A DNA stretch of 37,416 nt from assembly GCA_046595225.1 (NCBI GenBank), contig JBKJPJ010000053.1:1-37416 (forward strand), read 5' to 3'. Both the position numbers and the translations under genes were made by a program. The notes below the pieces were generated by a model. That model did not search any database and was not told the DNA's origin. It saw only the letters and a list, made by a program, of their open reading frames with translations. Position 1 is the stretch's first letter; each line of letters starts with the position of its first letter. Below, one piece after another: positions 9,439 to 17,935 of this stretch. The DNA comes from Candidatus Saccharimonadales bacterium. GTDB taxonomy: Bacteria > Patescibacteriota > Saccharimonadia > Saccharimonadales > OMJO01.

Positions 9439-10610
9439 AACGTGCCTTAATGCAAAACGAAGATGGAATTGTTGCTATAACAGTCACCATACTCTTCTTA
9501 ATTATCATTAGCTTAACTTCACTTGGTTTAGCGAGGATGGCGCGACGCGAGCAACGCCAAGCTTTAGACAACCAATTATCAAGGCAGGCTCTATACCTTG
9601 CTGAAGCTGGTATAAATGATGCAAAGAAGGCTATTACTAATACAAGTCTTACACTTCCAAACTACAATACAACTAATAAACCTAGTTGCGTCAGTGATCC
9701 AGCACCCAGTTTCACAAAGCCTAATCTCGATTTTCTGGCCTCAGATAATACCGAAGCATTCTCTGGGGTTATTCGTAATGACGGTTCCTTGGGGTTAGGG
9801 GGCATTTCGGCGGTTGGCTCATACAGCTGTGTGCTAATAGACCACGATATTGATAATATTGTGTTTAATGATGTATCCACTACCAAATCGGTATATTCAG
9901 AGATGGAAGTTTCAGATGCTGCGGGGATGTCAGTCACCGCTTTTAATCTTGTTATAGGGTGGAATGACAAAAGTGGCAGCACTGCCTTTAGGCCAAGTGG
10001 CAACACCGATTTTCCGCCAAATAACGCTGCAGGCTGGGGAAATAATACCGGCGTCTTAAGGATGGATATAACAAATGGCGGTAACGGTGCTTTTACCCGT
10101 GATACGCTTTCAGACAGCACTATGACGCCTTTTCTTTACCCCTCGCTAGATTCTCCGCCTCCAGCTTCTACTCCTACACCTTTTGACGCAACTGTGAACG
10201 GGAGGGCCCCGATAATACCGGGTGCTTGTAGCACCACGGCTAGTGCGCTCACTGGAAAGTTCTGTAATGTAACAATCAAGGTTGATAATTCATCAAAACT
10301 CTTCCTGAGGCTTAAGTCAGTTTACAACTCGACAGCTGTAAATATTGTAGCAACTCCCCAAAGTGGCGTCGGAACCCTTAAAATTAAAGGTGCTCAAACA
10401 TTGATTGACGTAACAGGAAAAGTAGCAGACGTAGTAAAGCGCCTCCAAGTCCGAGTTGGTAGTGCCCCCGACGCGTCCTATCCCGAGTATGCAGTAGAGT
10501 CTGTAGAAGGAATTTGTAAACTTATTCAAGCTCAGCCAAGTGGAGGCAGTTTGGCTCCAGGTATACCTCTCGGTTTCGATGAACCAGTATGTAATCCAAT
10601 TAAACCGTGA
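9429..10610 (+). CDS. PilX-N-like large pilus-associated protein (possible tip or adhesin component)
   Basis: AGGAG RBS, N-terminal hydrophobic helix, then ALYLAEAGINDA as in the PilX N-terminal domain. Last gene of the pilin operon. Confidence 0.55.
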   Translation: MAVKRALMQNEDGIVAITVTILFLIIISLTSLGLARMARREQRQALDNQLSRQALYLAEAGINDAKKAITNTSLTLPNYNTTNKPSCVSDPAPSFTKPNLDFLASDNTEAFSGVIRNDGSLGLGGISAVGSYSCVLIDHDIDNIVFNDVSTTKSVYSEMEVSDAAGMSVTAFNLVIGWNDKSGSTAFRPSGNTDFPPNNAAGWGNNTGVLRMDITNGGNGAFTRDTLSDSTMTPFLYPSLDSPPPASTPTPFDATVNGRAPIIPGACSTTASALTGKFCNVTIKVDNSSKLFLRLKSVYNSTAVNIVATPQSGVGTLKIKGAQTLIDVTGKVADVVKRLQVRVGSAPDASYPEYAVESVEGICKLIQAQPSGGSLAPGIPLGFDEPVCNPIKP

Positions 10611-10626
10611 TATACAATAGTTTCCT

Positions 10627-11556
10627 CTAGCCCTTCCTATGAAATTTCTCATGGACCGCCTTCAAGTGCGGGTCGGTGACGTGCGTATAAATTTGAGTCG
10701 TCGATATGTTGCTATGGCCTAAAAGGGCCTGGACAGATCGTAAGTCAGAACCGTTCATTAACAGATCAGTGGCAAACGAATGCCGCATAGTATGCGGGCT
10801 GACATGTTTAGTAATTCCGGCAAGTAAAGCATAGCGGGCTATCATCCGTTGTATGCTTCGAGCCGTCAAGCGGTGGAAGTTTCCGGAGCGGTCAATTTTT
10901 TTGCTGCCACTGTAGCGGATAAACAGGGGGCGGGTGGTATCTTGACGTTCACCTAAATACCGTTGCAGCCAATCGGCGGCTGCCTGGCTAATAAAAATGG
11001 GCCGGTCCTTTTGGCCTTTTCCACGCACCATAAACTCGCGGCGTTTAAGGTTCACGTGGTCGCGGTCCAGCCCCACTAACTCCGAAACCCGCAGCCCGCT
11101 ACTAAATAAGAGTTCTAAAATTGCTCGGTCGCGTAATCCTGCCAAAGCAGTAATATCAGGTTGAGCAAATAAGCGATCAATTTCATCACCATTTAAGAAT
11201 GTTACTTGCTTACGAACAGTTCGGGCCAACTCTATTTTATCGGCAGGCAGGGCAGTGATGTCGCGTTTAGCACAGTATTTCAAAAAACTGCGTAGGGCAA
11301 TTAAATGGTAATTTTGAGTAGTTTTTTGGAGTTCATCAGAGGTATTCGTCCCCAGTCGGTTTAGCCATAGCCGCCATTTACGGATCAGTTCGGCGTTTAT
11401 CTGAGCCACGCTAATATCTCCGGCAAAATCTACTAGCCGCGTCAAGTAGTGGTCATAATTCGCGATAGTCTTCTGGGAACGATTTTGTTCAATTTCCAGG
11501 TATTCTAAAAAATCGGTTTTAGCTTTTTCAAATTGCATACGTATAGTGTAATCCAT
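10627..11556 (-). CDS. xerC: Tyrosine recombinase, XerC/XerD type
   Basis: N-terminal SAM-like core-binding domain. Catalytic region has GLRVSEL, HTMRHSFAT, LLGHSNISTTQIYTH. 309 aa. Confidence 0.88.
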   Translation of the reverse strand: MDYTIRMQFEKAKTDFLEYLEIEQNRSQKTIANYDHYLTRLVDFAGDISVAQINAELIRKWRLWLNRLGTNTSDELQKTTQNYHLIALRSFLKYCAKRDITALPADKIELARTVRKQVTFLNGDEIDRLFAQPDITALAGLRDRAILELLFSSGLRVSELVGLDRDHVNLKRREFMVRGKGQKDRPIFISQAAADWLQRYLGERQDTTRPLFIRYSGSKKIDRSGNFHRLTARSIQRMIARYALLAGITKHVSPHTMRHSFATDLLMNGSDLRSVQALLGHSNISTTQIYTHVTDPHLKAVHEKFHRKG

Positions 11557-11601
11557 TGTTTAGGGTATGTCATTGTACGACGCCCGGCGACGTCACTGTG
11601 G

Positions 11602-11630
11602 CTGACAACAGGGGTTACATCTGTTATACT
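11602..11630 (+). promoter_or_regulatory. Promoter of ndk (CTGACA-17-TATACT), leaderless layout
   Basis: -35 at 11602-11607, 17-nt spacer, -10 at 11625-11630, then exactly 6 nt to the ATG at 11637. Confidence 0.6.
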
Positions 11631-11636
11631 TGGCTT

Positions 11637-12149
11637 ATGGAACAAACATTAATAATCCTTAAGCCCGATGCCGTCAAAAGAGGCATTGTAGGCGAAATTC
11701 TTACCAGGTTTGAAAAAGTCGGCCTCAAAATTGTGGCCACCAAAATGTTCCAACCGGACCGTGAACACTTTTATCATCACTATGAAAATATTAGCAAAAT
11801 GGTATCTCGTAGGGGCGAAGACGCATTCAGCGTTACTCTGGAGATGATGCAAGAGGGCCCGGTAATTGCTGCTGTTCTAGAAGGTGTCAAAGCCGTATCC
11901 CAAGTCCGGAAGATGGTCGGCGACACCGAACCCGAAAAAGCCGCACCCGGCACCGTCAGAGGAGACTTCGCGCATATGGGTTTTGAACACTCCAACAAAG
12001 AGAAAATTGGTGTCCCCAACCTCATTCACGCCTCTGGTGACCCCACAGAAGCCCAGGCCGAAATCGCCCACTGGTTCACCCCGGAAGAACTCTTTAGCTA
12101 TCAAGCCGCACACGAACATTACACCCAGGCCAAAGCCCGCCAAAAGTAA
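11637..12149 (+). CDS. ndk: Nucleoside diphosphate kinase
   Basis: MEQTLIILKPDAVKRG..., RGDF..., NLIHASGD active-site His region. Carries an internal insertion and a C-terminal extension relative to the usual length. Confidence 0.85.
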   Translation: MEQTLIILKPDAVKRGIVGEILTRFEKVGLKIVATKMFQPDREHFYHHYENISKMVSRRGEDAFSVTLEMMQEGPVIAAVLEGVKAVSQVRKMVGDTEPEKAAPGTVRGDFAHMGFEHSNKEKIGVPNLIHASGDPTEAQAEIAHWFTPEELFSYQAAHEHYTQAKARQK

Positions 12150-12166
12150 CTCTTAACACCACCGGG

Positions 12167-12526
12167 TTAACTCAGCGGATCATATAACTTTAGCCCCTCG
12201 ATATGGCTAAAATCACGGGTGTTGGCGGTCCAAAGAGCGCAATTTTGTTCAAGAGCTGTGCCGGCGATGATCGCATCGCCCAAACTCATTTTTTTATCTT
12301 GCCTCAGTTCTATAGCCCGCTGAATAATTGACTCAGTTAGCCCAATCATGGGGTAGGCATCCAATATTTGATTCAGTTTACGTTGTTCCACAGATGTAAT
12401 TTCTTGAAAACCGAGGGTTTCAATTTTAGTTATAGAGGCGTAACAGGCTTCTATGCCATCTATCTTAGAGAGGTGAATTTGGCCTAACCCCAAGTATATA
12501 AACACGTTTGTATCAAACAGAACCAC
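12167..12526 (-). CDS. vapC: PIN-domain toxin VapC
   Basis: MVLFDTNVF..., LGDAIIAGTA, TANTRDF acidic residues. 5 nt downstream of an AbrB-type antitoxin gene. Confidence 0.85.
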   Translation of the reverse strand: MVLFDTNVFIYLGLGQIHLSKIDGIEACYASITKIETLGFQEITSVEQRKLNQILDAYPMIGLTESIIQRAIELRQDKKMSLGDAIIAGTALEQNCALWTANTRDFSHIEGLKLYDPLS

Positions 12527-12531
12527 TAAAC

Positions 12532-12819
12532 TTACTCCACAACCGTGAGTTTGCCGGATTTTCTACCCGGCAGAGGACGATCCATGCGTATTTGACGTTG
12601 CCAAGAAACCGGATCTCCGATGCTGGCAAATGGCGAAAGAGCTTGAAGCTCTTTCCATAAGGCTTGGATTCTTTGATTATTCTGAACAGGATTTTTAACA
12701 GGCAAGGCTAAATCTGCCTTATCTCCTAGGGTAAGTTTGGCATCCTCAACGTAAGCTTTCGGAACGCGCAATGCGAAGGAGTTACCTGTTTTTATGACCG
12801 TTGCAGTGTAGTTACTCAT
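12532..12819 (-). CDS. vapB: AbrB/SpoVT-fold antitoxin (VapB/MazE-like)
   Basis: TVIKTGNSFALRVPKAYV swapped-hairpin motif. Upstream partner of the PIN toxin. Confidence 0.8.
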   Translation of the reverse strand: MSNYTATVIKTGNSFALRVPKAYVEDAKLTLGDKADLALPVKNPVQNNQRIQALWKELQALSPFASIGDPVSWQRQIRMDRPLPGRKSGKLTVVE

Positions 12820-12829
12820 AATAGATACT

Positions 12830-12858
12830 ATTGTATATACAAATTACACAAATGTCAA
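12830..12858 (-). promoter_or_regulatory. vapBC promoter TTGACA-17-TACAAT overlapping palindrome TTGTATATACAA
   Basis: On the minus strand: -35 at 12853-12858, -10 at 12830-12835, 10 nt to the ATG. A perfect 12-nt palindrome at 12831-12842 overlaps the -10. Confidence 0.65.
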
Positions 12859-12922
12859 GCTTAGACGTCAAGCTAATCTTGATCCCCTCACACCTTGGAT
12901 AAGGTGTTAAAATAGGGTAATT

Positions 12923-12997
12923 GCCCCTGTAGTTCAATGGATAAAACAACTCCGTCCTAAGGAGAAGCTAGAGGTTCGACTCCTCTCGGGGGCACCA
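12923..12997 (+). tRNA. tRNA-Arg (anticodon CCT), CCA encoded
   Basis: Hand-folded cloverleaf: acceptor GCCCCTG/CGGGGGC, anticodon loop GTCCTAA, T arm AGAGG-TTCGACT-CCTCT. Confidence 0.88.
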
Positions 12998-13000
12998 TAC

Positions 13001-13306
13001 CTATCCTTGCAATAATTGTATGTAATTGGTGCGAGCATAAGGAATATGCACAATCTGAATTTCCGTATCGACTATTTTATAAATGATCAGGTAGTTGTCC
13101 ACTAATAGATATCTATAGCCAGCAAGCGTCTGATTGACACCGGCTAAACTTGAGCCCATTTCTGGAAAACTTTCGAGTGGTTGAACCCGGTGCAATATCT
13201 TTGCAACGGTATTACTTGCAGCAATATCATTACGTAAATCATCTTGTATGTACGTGAATATTGCGTCCAAGTCACGCTTGGCTGACGCTAGTATCGTTAC
13301 CGTCAT
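13001..13306 (-). CDS. parE: ParE/RelE-family toxin
   Basis: AKRDLDAIFTYI..., YRYLLVDNYLIIYKIVDTEIQIVHI are typical of ParE. Overlaps the antitoxin gene by 4 nt. Confidence 0.8.
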   Translation of the reverse strand: MTVTILASAKRDLDAIFTYIQDDLRNDIAASNTVAKILHRVQPLESFPEMGSSLAGVNQTLAGYRYLLVDNYLIIYKIVDTEIQIVHIPYARTNYIQLLQG

Positions 13307-13554
13307 AACTGTATTTTAAAACTCTTGGCAACCTCTTTAACTGACAGTGACTTTTTGCCGTGAGAATATTCCTCGGCATCTTTAATCCCCATGAGTAGTT
13401 CTTCGGCTGTAGACTCTTTGTCATAGTCGTCTATCTTAGAAATCACATATGTACCTCGACCATTCCGTGTAAGGTATACTGGCTTGTCAACGTCAACTTG
13501 ACTGAGGACATTAGTATAATTTCTTAAGTCTGATATTGGTAAAATCTTAGGCAT
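13303..13554 (-). CDS. phd: Phd/YefM-family antitoxin
   Basis: MPKILPISDLRNYTNVLSQV...PVYLTRNGRGTYVI. AAGGAG RBS before the ATG at 13554. The longer tracked ORF (to 13743) is an unsupported extension. Confidence 0.8.
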   Translation of the reverse strand: MPKILPISDLRNYTNVLSQVDVDKPVYLTRNGRGTYVISKIDDYDKESTAEELLMGIKDAEEYSHGKKSLSVKEVAKSFKIQL

Positions 13555-13690
13555 TGTATTCTCCTTTAGTACAATTGTAACAAATAAGCATGTTAATTCA
13601 ACAGCAGAGGATAGAGGTTTGGGCGTTAGACGGTCCGAAGGGCGTACATAACGACCCACCAGGTAGTGTAATAGAGGTGGTTTTGCTACA

Positions 13691-14356
13691 ATGTTGCTTA
13701 TGGTAAACGCCAAAGCAGCGGCAACGCGGACTGTAAAACACAAATACTTTGCCGATCAGTTGGACGACGAAGAAATGCTTTTTATCTTCCGTAAGCACCC
13801 GGTTGTAATGCGTAAAGGCCTCATCGTCGGCATGCTCGGCATTCTGTTACCGGTGTTGTATGTAGGAATTCTGACCTATGTGCGGCCTAATAACCCGCCG
13901 TCCCTCGGTTTCTTCTTCGGGAGCATTGGGGCAGGGATTATCCTGGGCTTACTTCTAATGTTCCCTTCGTGGCTGGGCTGGTACTTCAGCGTTTTTATTG
14001 TTACCGACCAGCGCTTCATCCAAGTCAGTCAAAAAGGCATGTTTCACCGCAGTTTAGTGGATGTCTCCCTCAATCAGATACAGATGGTTAACTACGAGAT
14101 TAGCGGACTGCAAGAAACGCTGCTGGGATTTGGTACAATAATGATGCAGACCTACATGGGTGACTTAGTCATTCATAATGTTCATCATCCGTCCAAAATT
14201 CAAAAACGCCTAACGACGATTCTGCGTGACAAGGGTATAATTACATCAGCAGGTTCAGCGGGCGGGTCAACTTTCCCTGGAACCGTTAATACATCAGATA
14301 CCGCAGCCCAACAACAAGATACATTAGATGAAGAAGATATAGATGAAGAAGCCTAA
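13691..14356 (+). CDS. Membrane protein with bacterial PH (YdbS/YdbT-like) domain
   Basis: Two TM helices followed by VTDQRFIQVSQKGMFHRSLVDVSLNQI, which resembles bPH_2. Acidic C-terminal tail. Confidence 0.55.
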   Translation: MLLMVNAKAAATRTVKHKYFADQLDDEEMLFIFRKHPVVMRKGLIVGMLGILLPVLYVGILTYVRPNNPPSLGFFFGSIGAGIILGLLLMFPSWLGWYFSVFIVTDQRFIQVSQKGMFHRSLVDVSLNQIQMVNYEISGLQETLLGFGTIMMQTYMGDLVIHNVHHPSKIQKRLTTILRDKGIITSAGSAGGSTFPGTVNTSDTAAQQQDTLDEEDIDEEA

Positions 14357-15413
14357 ACTTAAACTCCATAAAATTCTAAAGCGAAAAAAACTGTCGGCCG
14401 GGCAGCCCGCTAATGCCTCGGGCGAGGGGGTGCCGCGCATTACCAACGACACCGTTGCAGCGCACCGCGAAGAAGTTATTGGCAGCGCCCGTAAATATAT
14501 TTACCCCTTACAGCATTCCAAGCACCGGATTGTCTTAATCTCTACGGGACTGGTTATTGCAGCAATAGTGACCTTTTTTACCTATTGCACGGTGGCACTG
14601 TATAAAACTGCCTCCAATACAACTTTTTTGTACAGAGTTACCCAGGTTATCCCGTTTCCGGTGGCACGTGCCGGGAATCAGTTTGTTGCATACGAAAATT
14701 ATTTGTTCGAACTCCGGCATTACATCCATTACTACGAAACCCAGGCCAAACGTGATTTTAATGACCCCAATAATAAGGACCAGCTCAACGAATTCAAAAA
14801 GCGGGCCCTCGACAAAGTAGTCAACGATGCCTACACCAAGCAGCTGGCTAAGAAAAACGACGTTACGATTAGCGACAAAGAAGTAGATGACGAAATTAAT
14901 GTGGTCCGTACCCAGAACAGGTTGGGGAATAGCGATAAAGTCTTCGAAGACGTTTTGAAAGACTATTGGGGATGGTCCCTGGGTGATTTTAAGCGCTCAC
15001 TGCGCTCCGAAATGCTGGCCCAGAAACTAGTATCCAGCCTGGATACTGCTACGCATGCCCGTGCTGACGGCGCGCTGGCCGAACTCAAAGGTGGGGCAGA
15101 TTTTAAAGCGCTGGCAAAAAAGTATTCAGATGAACAAGAAACCAAGAACAACGGTGGCGATTACGGCTATGCTATCGATAAAACCAATCGCAACCTCAGT
15201 GCTAAAGTCACCGATGCCTTATTTAAGCTACCAACCGGTCAGCATTCAGATGTTCTTAACACCGGGTATACTTTAGAGATTGTTAAGAATGTCGAAATCA
15301 CCGGGGACAAGGTCAAAGCCGCGCATATTGTATTCAATTTCAAAGAAATAAACAGCTATATAAATGACCAAAAAGACAAGCAAAAAGCCCGTCTCTACAT
15401 AAAGATCAAATAA
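14343..15413 (+). CDS. Membrane-anchored parvulin-type peptidyl-prolyl isomerase (PrsA/SurA-like)
   Basis: N-terminal TM anchor, SurA_N-like helical region and a C-terminal rotamase (DFKALAKKYSDE...GGDYGY...). Confidence 0.75.
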   Translation: MKKPKLKLHKILKRKKLSAGQPANASGEGVPRITNDTVAAHREEVIGSARKYIYPLQHSKHRIVLISTGLVIAAIVTFFTYCTVALYKTASNTTFLYRVTQVIPFPVARAGNQFVAYENYLFELRHYIHYYETQAKRDFNDPNNKDQLNEFKKRALDKVVNDAYTKQLAKKNDVTISDKEVDDEINVVRTQNRLGNSDKVFEDVLKDYWGWSLGDFKRSLRSEMLAQKLVSSLDTATHARADGALAELKGGADFKALAKKYSDEQETKNNGGDYGYAIDKTNRNLSAKVTDALFKLPTGQHSDVLNTGYTLEIVKNVEITGDKVKAAHIVFNFKEINSYINDQKDKQKARLYIKIK

Positions 15414-15430
15414 ATTAAGAACAAATAACG

Positions 15431-15868
15431 TTACATAAAAGGGAAGTGAATGGGGCGGTGGTATCGGCCGGAAGAGATAAAACTTTTACCAAGTGTTTGC
15501 ATAGCACTCATGACTACTTTACCTATTCGGCGTGATGTCTCACCTAAAGCCGATACTTCTATCAGATGGTCTTCAAAAGGTACATGTACCGGTTCAATGG
15601 GCATAACAAACAAGCCTGCGAGTCTTTTTTCCTGATTCTTTTGATGCCAATTATTACAGAAAGCTTCAGCCGCGCGGCCATTCATAAACTCTTCCACTTG
15701 CGCTTTGAAACCCTCAGGGTCACCCTCAACACAACGAATTGTTGCAAATTCTGGATGGTACGGTCCCCTAAAATCATTAACGTTATCTCTGGGCATTGCA
15801 ATAAAATACCGATTAATATCGGCATTAATCCATACATTAAAACGATCATAATACAAAAAATGAAGCAT
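15431..15868 (-). CDS. Hypothetical protein (145 aa)
   Basis: Long ORF with no motif I recognise. Start uncertain (internal Met at codon 25). Confidence 0.4.
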   Translation of the reverse strand: MLHFLYYDRFNVWINADINRYFIAMPRDNVNDFRGPYHPEFATIRCVEGDPEGFKAQVEEFMNGRAAEAFCNNWHQKNQEKRLAGLFVMPIEPVHVPFEDHLIEVSALGETSRRIGKVVMSAMQTLGKSFISSGRYHRPIHFPFM

Positions 15869-15974
15869 TAAAGTTTCTGGATTATCTTAATATATAATTC
15901 TTAATACATTAATCGAGCCAACATAATGAAAACTCCTCATCTTTTAAAACATTTAGATCACTATAGCTAAGGAC

Positions 15975-16346
15975 TTAACGTAAAAGTGCTTTAGACAACT
16001 CACTGTCAAACGTCAGAACGCCGTTAGTGCCACCTGTTGCCCATAGGAGGCAATCTGCGTAATCAAGTTTGGGATTGTGCTCATAAAGCTCTAGTGCTCT
16101 AACGCTAATATTGGCGAGTATAATTTGTGGCGTAGCAATAAGGGCCGATAGTGCGGCAGCGATGTTGCTTCTCGTCATTTTGTACGCATGAAACTCCAGT
16201 ACAAAACATAACTCCACTAAAATTGCGTCCAAAATGTAAAACTCGTTCTGACCGCCACGTTGTATCTCGGCAATTGCCTGAGCTGCCAACTCTTGATCGT
16301 CACCAGTTATAAGTCTGACTAAAACATTAGTATCGATATACTTCAT
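15975..16346 (-). CDS. vapC: PIN-domain toxin VapC
   Basis: MKYIDTNVLV..., DYADCLL, TFD. 4-nt overlap with the upstream antitoxin gene. Confidence 0.85.
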   Translation of the reverse strand: MKYIDTNVLVRLITGDDQELAAQAIAEIQRGGQNEFYILDAILVELCFVLEFHAYKMTRSNIAAALSALIATPQIILANISVRALELYEHNPKLDYADCLLWATGGTNGVLTFDSELSKALLR

Positions 16347-16606
16347 TTCACTCTAGTGGCACGTTTGGTTGCGCTACTACGGACTGCTTGTTTAAGTTCT
16401 GCCTCTGTCAGAGCACGATTCACACTATGTTTGCCCCAGAACTGTCGCATGGCTTCGCCTAAATCGGGTTGGGGTGACAGGATTATTTTTCCATCGCGCA
16501 AATCTGCACGGAGCACACGGTTTTGTGCCAACTTCAGGACATTGACGTAATCACTAGGCAAGGTGATCTGATTCTTACTCGTTATAGTTACATTCTTCGT
16601 AATCAT
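16343..16606 (-). CDS. vapB: AbrB/SpoVT-fold antitoxin
   Basis: VTITSKNQITLPSDYV motif. I prefer the ATG at 16606 over the tracked GTG at 16633 because a TTGACT-17-TATACT promoter ends 6 nt before it. Confidence 0.75.
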   Translation of the reverse strand: MITKNVTITSKNQITLPSDYVNVLKLAQNRVLRADLRDGKIILSPQPDLGEAMRQFWGKHSVNRALTEAELKQAVRSSATKRATRVK

Positions 16607-16612
16607 GTAAGG

Positions 16613-16641
16613 AGTATACGTCTTCCTTACCACATAGTCAA
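16613..16641 (-). promoter_or_regulatory. Promoter TTGACT-17-TATACT, leaderless layout
   Basis: On the minus strand: -35 at 16636-16641, -10 at 16613-16618, 6 nt to the ATG at 16606. Palindrome AAGCTGCTCAGCTT lies just upstream. Confidence 0.65.
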
Positions 16642-16759
16642 GCTGCTCAGCTTAATAAATAACGTATCGCACAAGGAGATATTTTTAACATAAGCTGTAT
16701 GGTGGACCGTGGCGGACAAAGTCTGGAACTGATTTATAGATTATTCGGGCAAGCCTTCA

Positions 16760-17071
16760 TTATTTATCTTCATTTTTTAGGTGTGAGAATATACCAATTT
16801 CTTGGGCTAATAGGATCGTAATCGCATCTTCAGTTGTAGGCCGTGTATCGATAATTTCTTGAGGATTTTCAGGGAAGTATTGTATTGTCTGCCCAACATC
16901 TAGACCAAGGCTATCGAGTGCAACCGCACGAATCTGTTGCTCAACTCGTACACGACGTAATACCTCTTTAGAAACTTCTCTTCGTTCATCAGAGAAGGGC
17001 CTAGCTGTCGGTCGCTTATCAGGTGGTCGATTACCAGTTCTAATCCGCCACTCACCAGAACGTTCTTTCAT
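16760..17071 (-). CDS. Hypothetical protein (103 aa; basic N-terminal half, acidic C-terminal half)
   Basis: ORF preceded by TTGCTT-17-TG-n-TAAAGT, with 6 nt to the ATG. No recognisable domain. Confidence 0.5.
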   Translation of the reverse strand: MKERSGEWRIRTGNRPPDKRPTARPFSDERREVSKEVLRRVRVEQQIRAVALDSLGLDVGQTIQYFPENPQEIIDTRPTTEDAITILLAQEIGIFSHLKNEDK

Positions 17072-17077
17072 AACACA

Positions 17078-17106
17078 ACTTTAACATAAATAAGCCATAA
17101 AAGCAA
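17078..17106 (-). promoter_or_regulatory. Promoter TTGCTT-17-TAAAGT with extended TG, leaderless layout
   Basis: On the minus strand: -35 at 17101-17106, -10 at 17078-17083, 6 nt to the ATG at 17071. Confidence 0.55.
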
Positions 17107-17145
17107 TTAGGCGGATGTAGAGTGGGACTTTGAAACCGTGTTTAG

Positions 17146-17174
17146 TAGACAAAAACGACAAAAGTAGCTACAAT
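17146..17174 (+). promoter_or_regulatory. mazEF promoter TAGACA-17-TACAAT
   Basis: -35 at 17146-17151, -10 at 17169-17174, 9 nt to the ATG at 17184. Confidence 0.55.
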
Positions 17175-17183
17175 GTAATTACT

Positions 17184-17417
17184 ATGAACACGACGATTAT
17201 TAAAATTGGTAACTCCAAAGGCATACGTATTCCAAAGCCTATTTTAGAAGAGAGTGGGTTAAAAACGGATGTCGAAATTACCGCTAAAAATGGTGAAATT
17301 CGTATTGTAGCCTCTAAAAAGTCAGTCAAGGTATCCGAAACTATGTTACTGTCCCAAAAAGTACTTGCTAAAGATTGGTTACGACCCGAAGAAGATGACG
17401 CATGGGCCAGTTTGTAG
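17184..17417 (+). CDS. mazE: MazE/AbrB-fold antitoxin
   Basis: MNTTIIKIGNSKGIRIPKPILEESGL. Overlaps the downstream PemK/MazF gene by 16 nt. Confidence 0.8.
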   Translation: MNTTIIKIGNSKGIRIPKPILEESGLKTDVEITAKNGEIRIVASKKSVKVSETMLLSQKVLAKDWLRPEEDDAWASL

Positions 17418-17731
17418 TTGGACAGGTTGTTTCCAGCAATTTCCCATTCTCTGATCTAACAACTACTAAGCGTCGCCCGGCAGTAATTGTGGCCATCGTA
17501 GACTTTAATGATGTGATCCTCTGTCAAATTACTTCAAAGCCATATTCTAGCTCACGGGCGATCGCCTTGAGCTCTGGTGATTTCAATAAAGGCAAATTAC
17601 CAAGAGATAGTTATATACGACCCGATAAACTATTTACTGCCGACAGATCCGTAATTGATAAGATTCATGGTTCTCTCAGCAGCAAAAAGATCCAAGTTTT
17701 AAAACAATCCCTGTGTGATTTATTTGTATAA
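17402..17731 (+). CDS. mazF: MazF/PemK-family endoribonuclease toxin
   Basis: GQVVSSNFPFSD...KRRPAVIVA...ILCQITSK...IRPDKLFTADRS, a typical PemK fold signature. Confidence 0.82.
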   Translation: MGQFVVGQVVSSNFPFSDLTTTKRRPAVIVAIVDFNDVILCQITSKPYSSSRAIALSSGDFNKGKLPRDSYIRPDKLFTADRSVIDKIHGSLSSKKIQVLKQSLCDLFV

Positions 17732-17748
17732 CAGAGTTTGAATCGGTC

Positions 17749-17767
17749 TGGCGGGCTCGACCGGATT
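17749..17767. repeat. 19-nt exact copy of the 3' end of tRNA-Asp (att-like direct repeat)
   Basis: TGGCGGGCTCGACCGGATT is identical at 17749-17767 and at 17936-17954 (T-loop, acceptor and CCA of the tRNA on the minus strand). Confidence 0.8.
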
Positions 17768-17892
17768 AGCGGACTTCGTCCTTTTCCGCTCCGGCGTGCT
17801 CGAAGTATACTTCTGCGCGCGTCCTCGCTCCACGAACCGGCCCGTTCGCTAAGGCTCACTCAACCCGTTCCCAATCCGTCAAACCACGAGGT

Positions 17893-17921
17893 GGAAATAA
17901 AAATACCTCCGCTTGGAGGCA
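17893..17921 (-). terminator. Intrinsic terminator downstream of tRNA-Asp
   Basis: On the minus strand: CCTCC-AAGC-GGAGG hairpin followed by TATTTTTATTT. Confidence 0.6.
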
Positions 17922-17935
17922 TCTTCATTTCCACT

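Noticed and set aside
7742-10120. Long antisense ORFs inside pilin genes (e.g. 7742..8167 and 9662..10120 on the minus strand)
   Set aside because: They fully overlap well-supported plus-strand genes that have prepilin signatures, and they have no independent start signals.
10627-11556. Tyrosine recombinase as the integrase of the TA/tRNA island
   Set aside because: The sequence and length look like a housekeeping XerC/XerD. It is separated from the tRNA sites by ndk and is not adjacent to any att-like repeat.
11877-12156. Three extra ORFs open over the 3' half of ndk (two minus, one plus)
   Set aside because: They are a compositional artefact of a C/A-rich coding stretch. The ndk frame carries the conserved kinase motifs.
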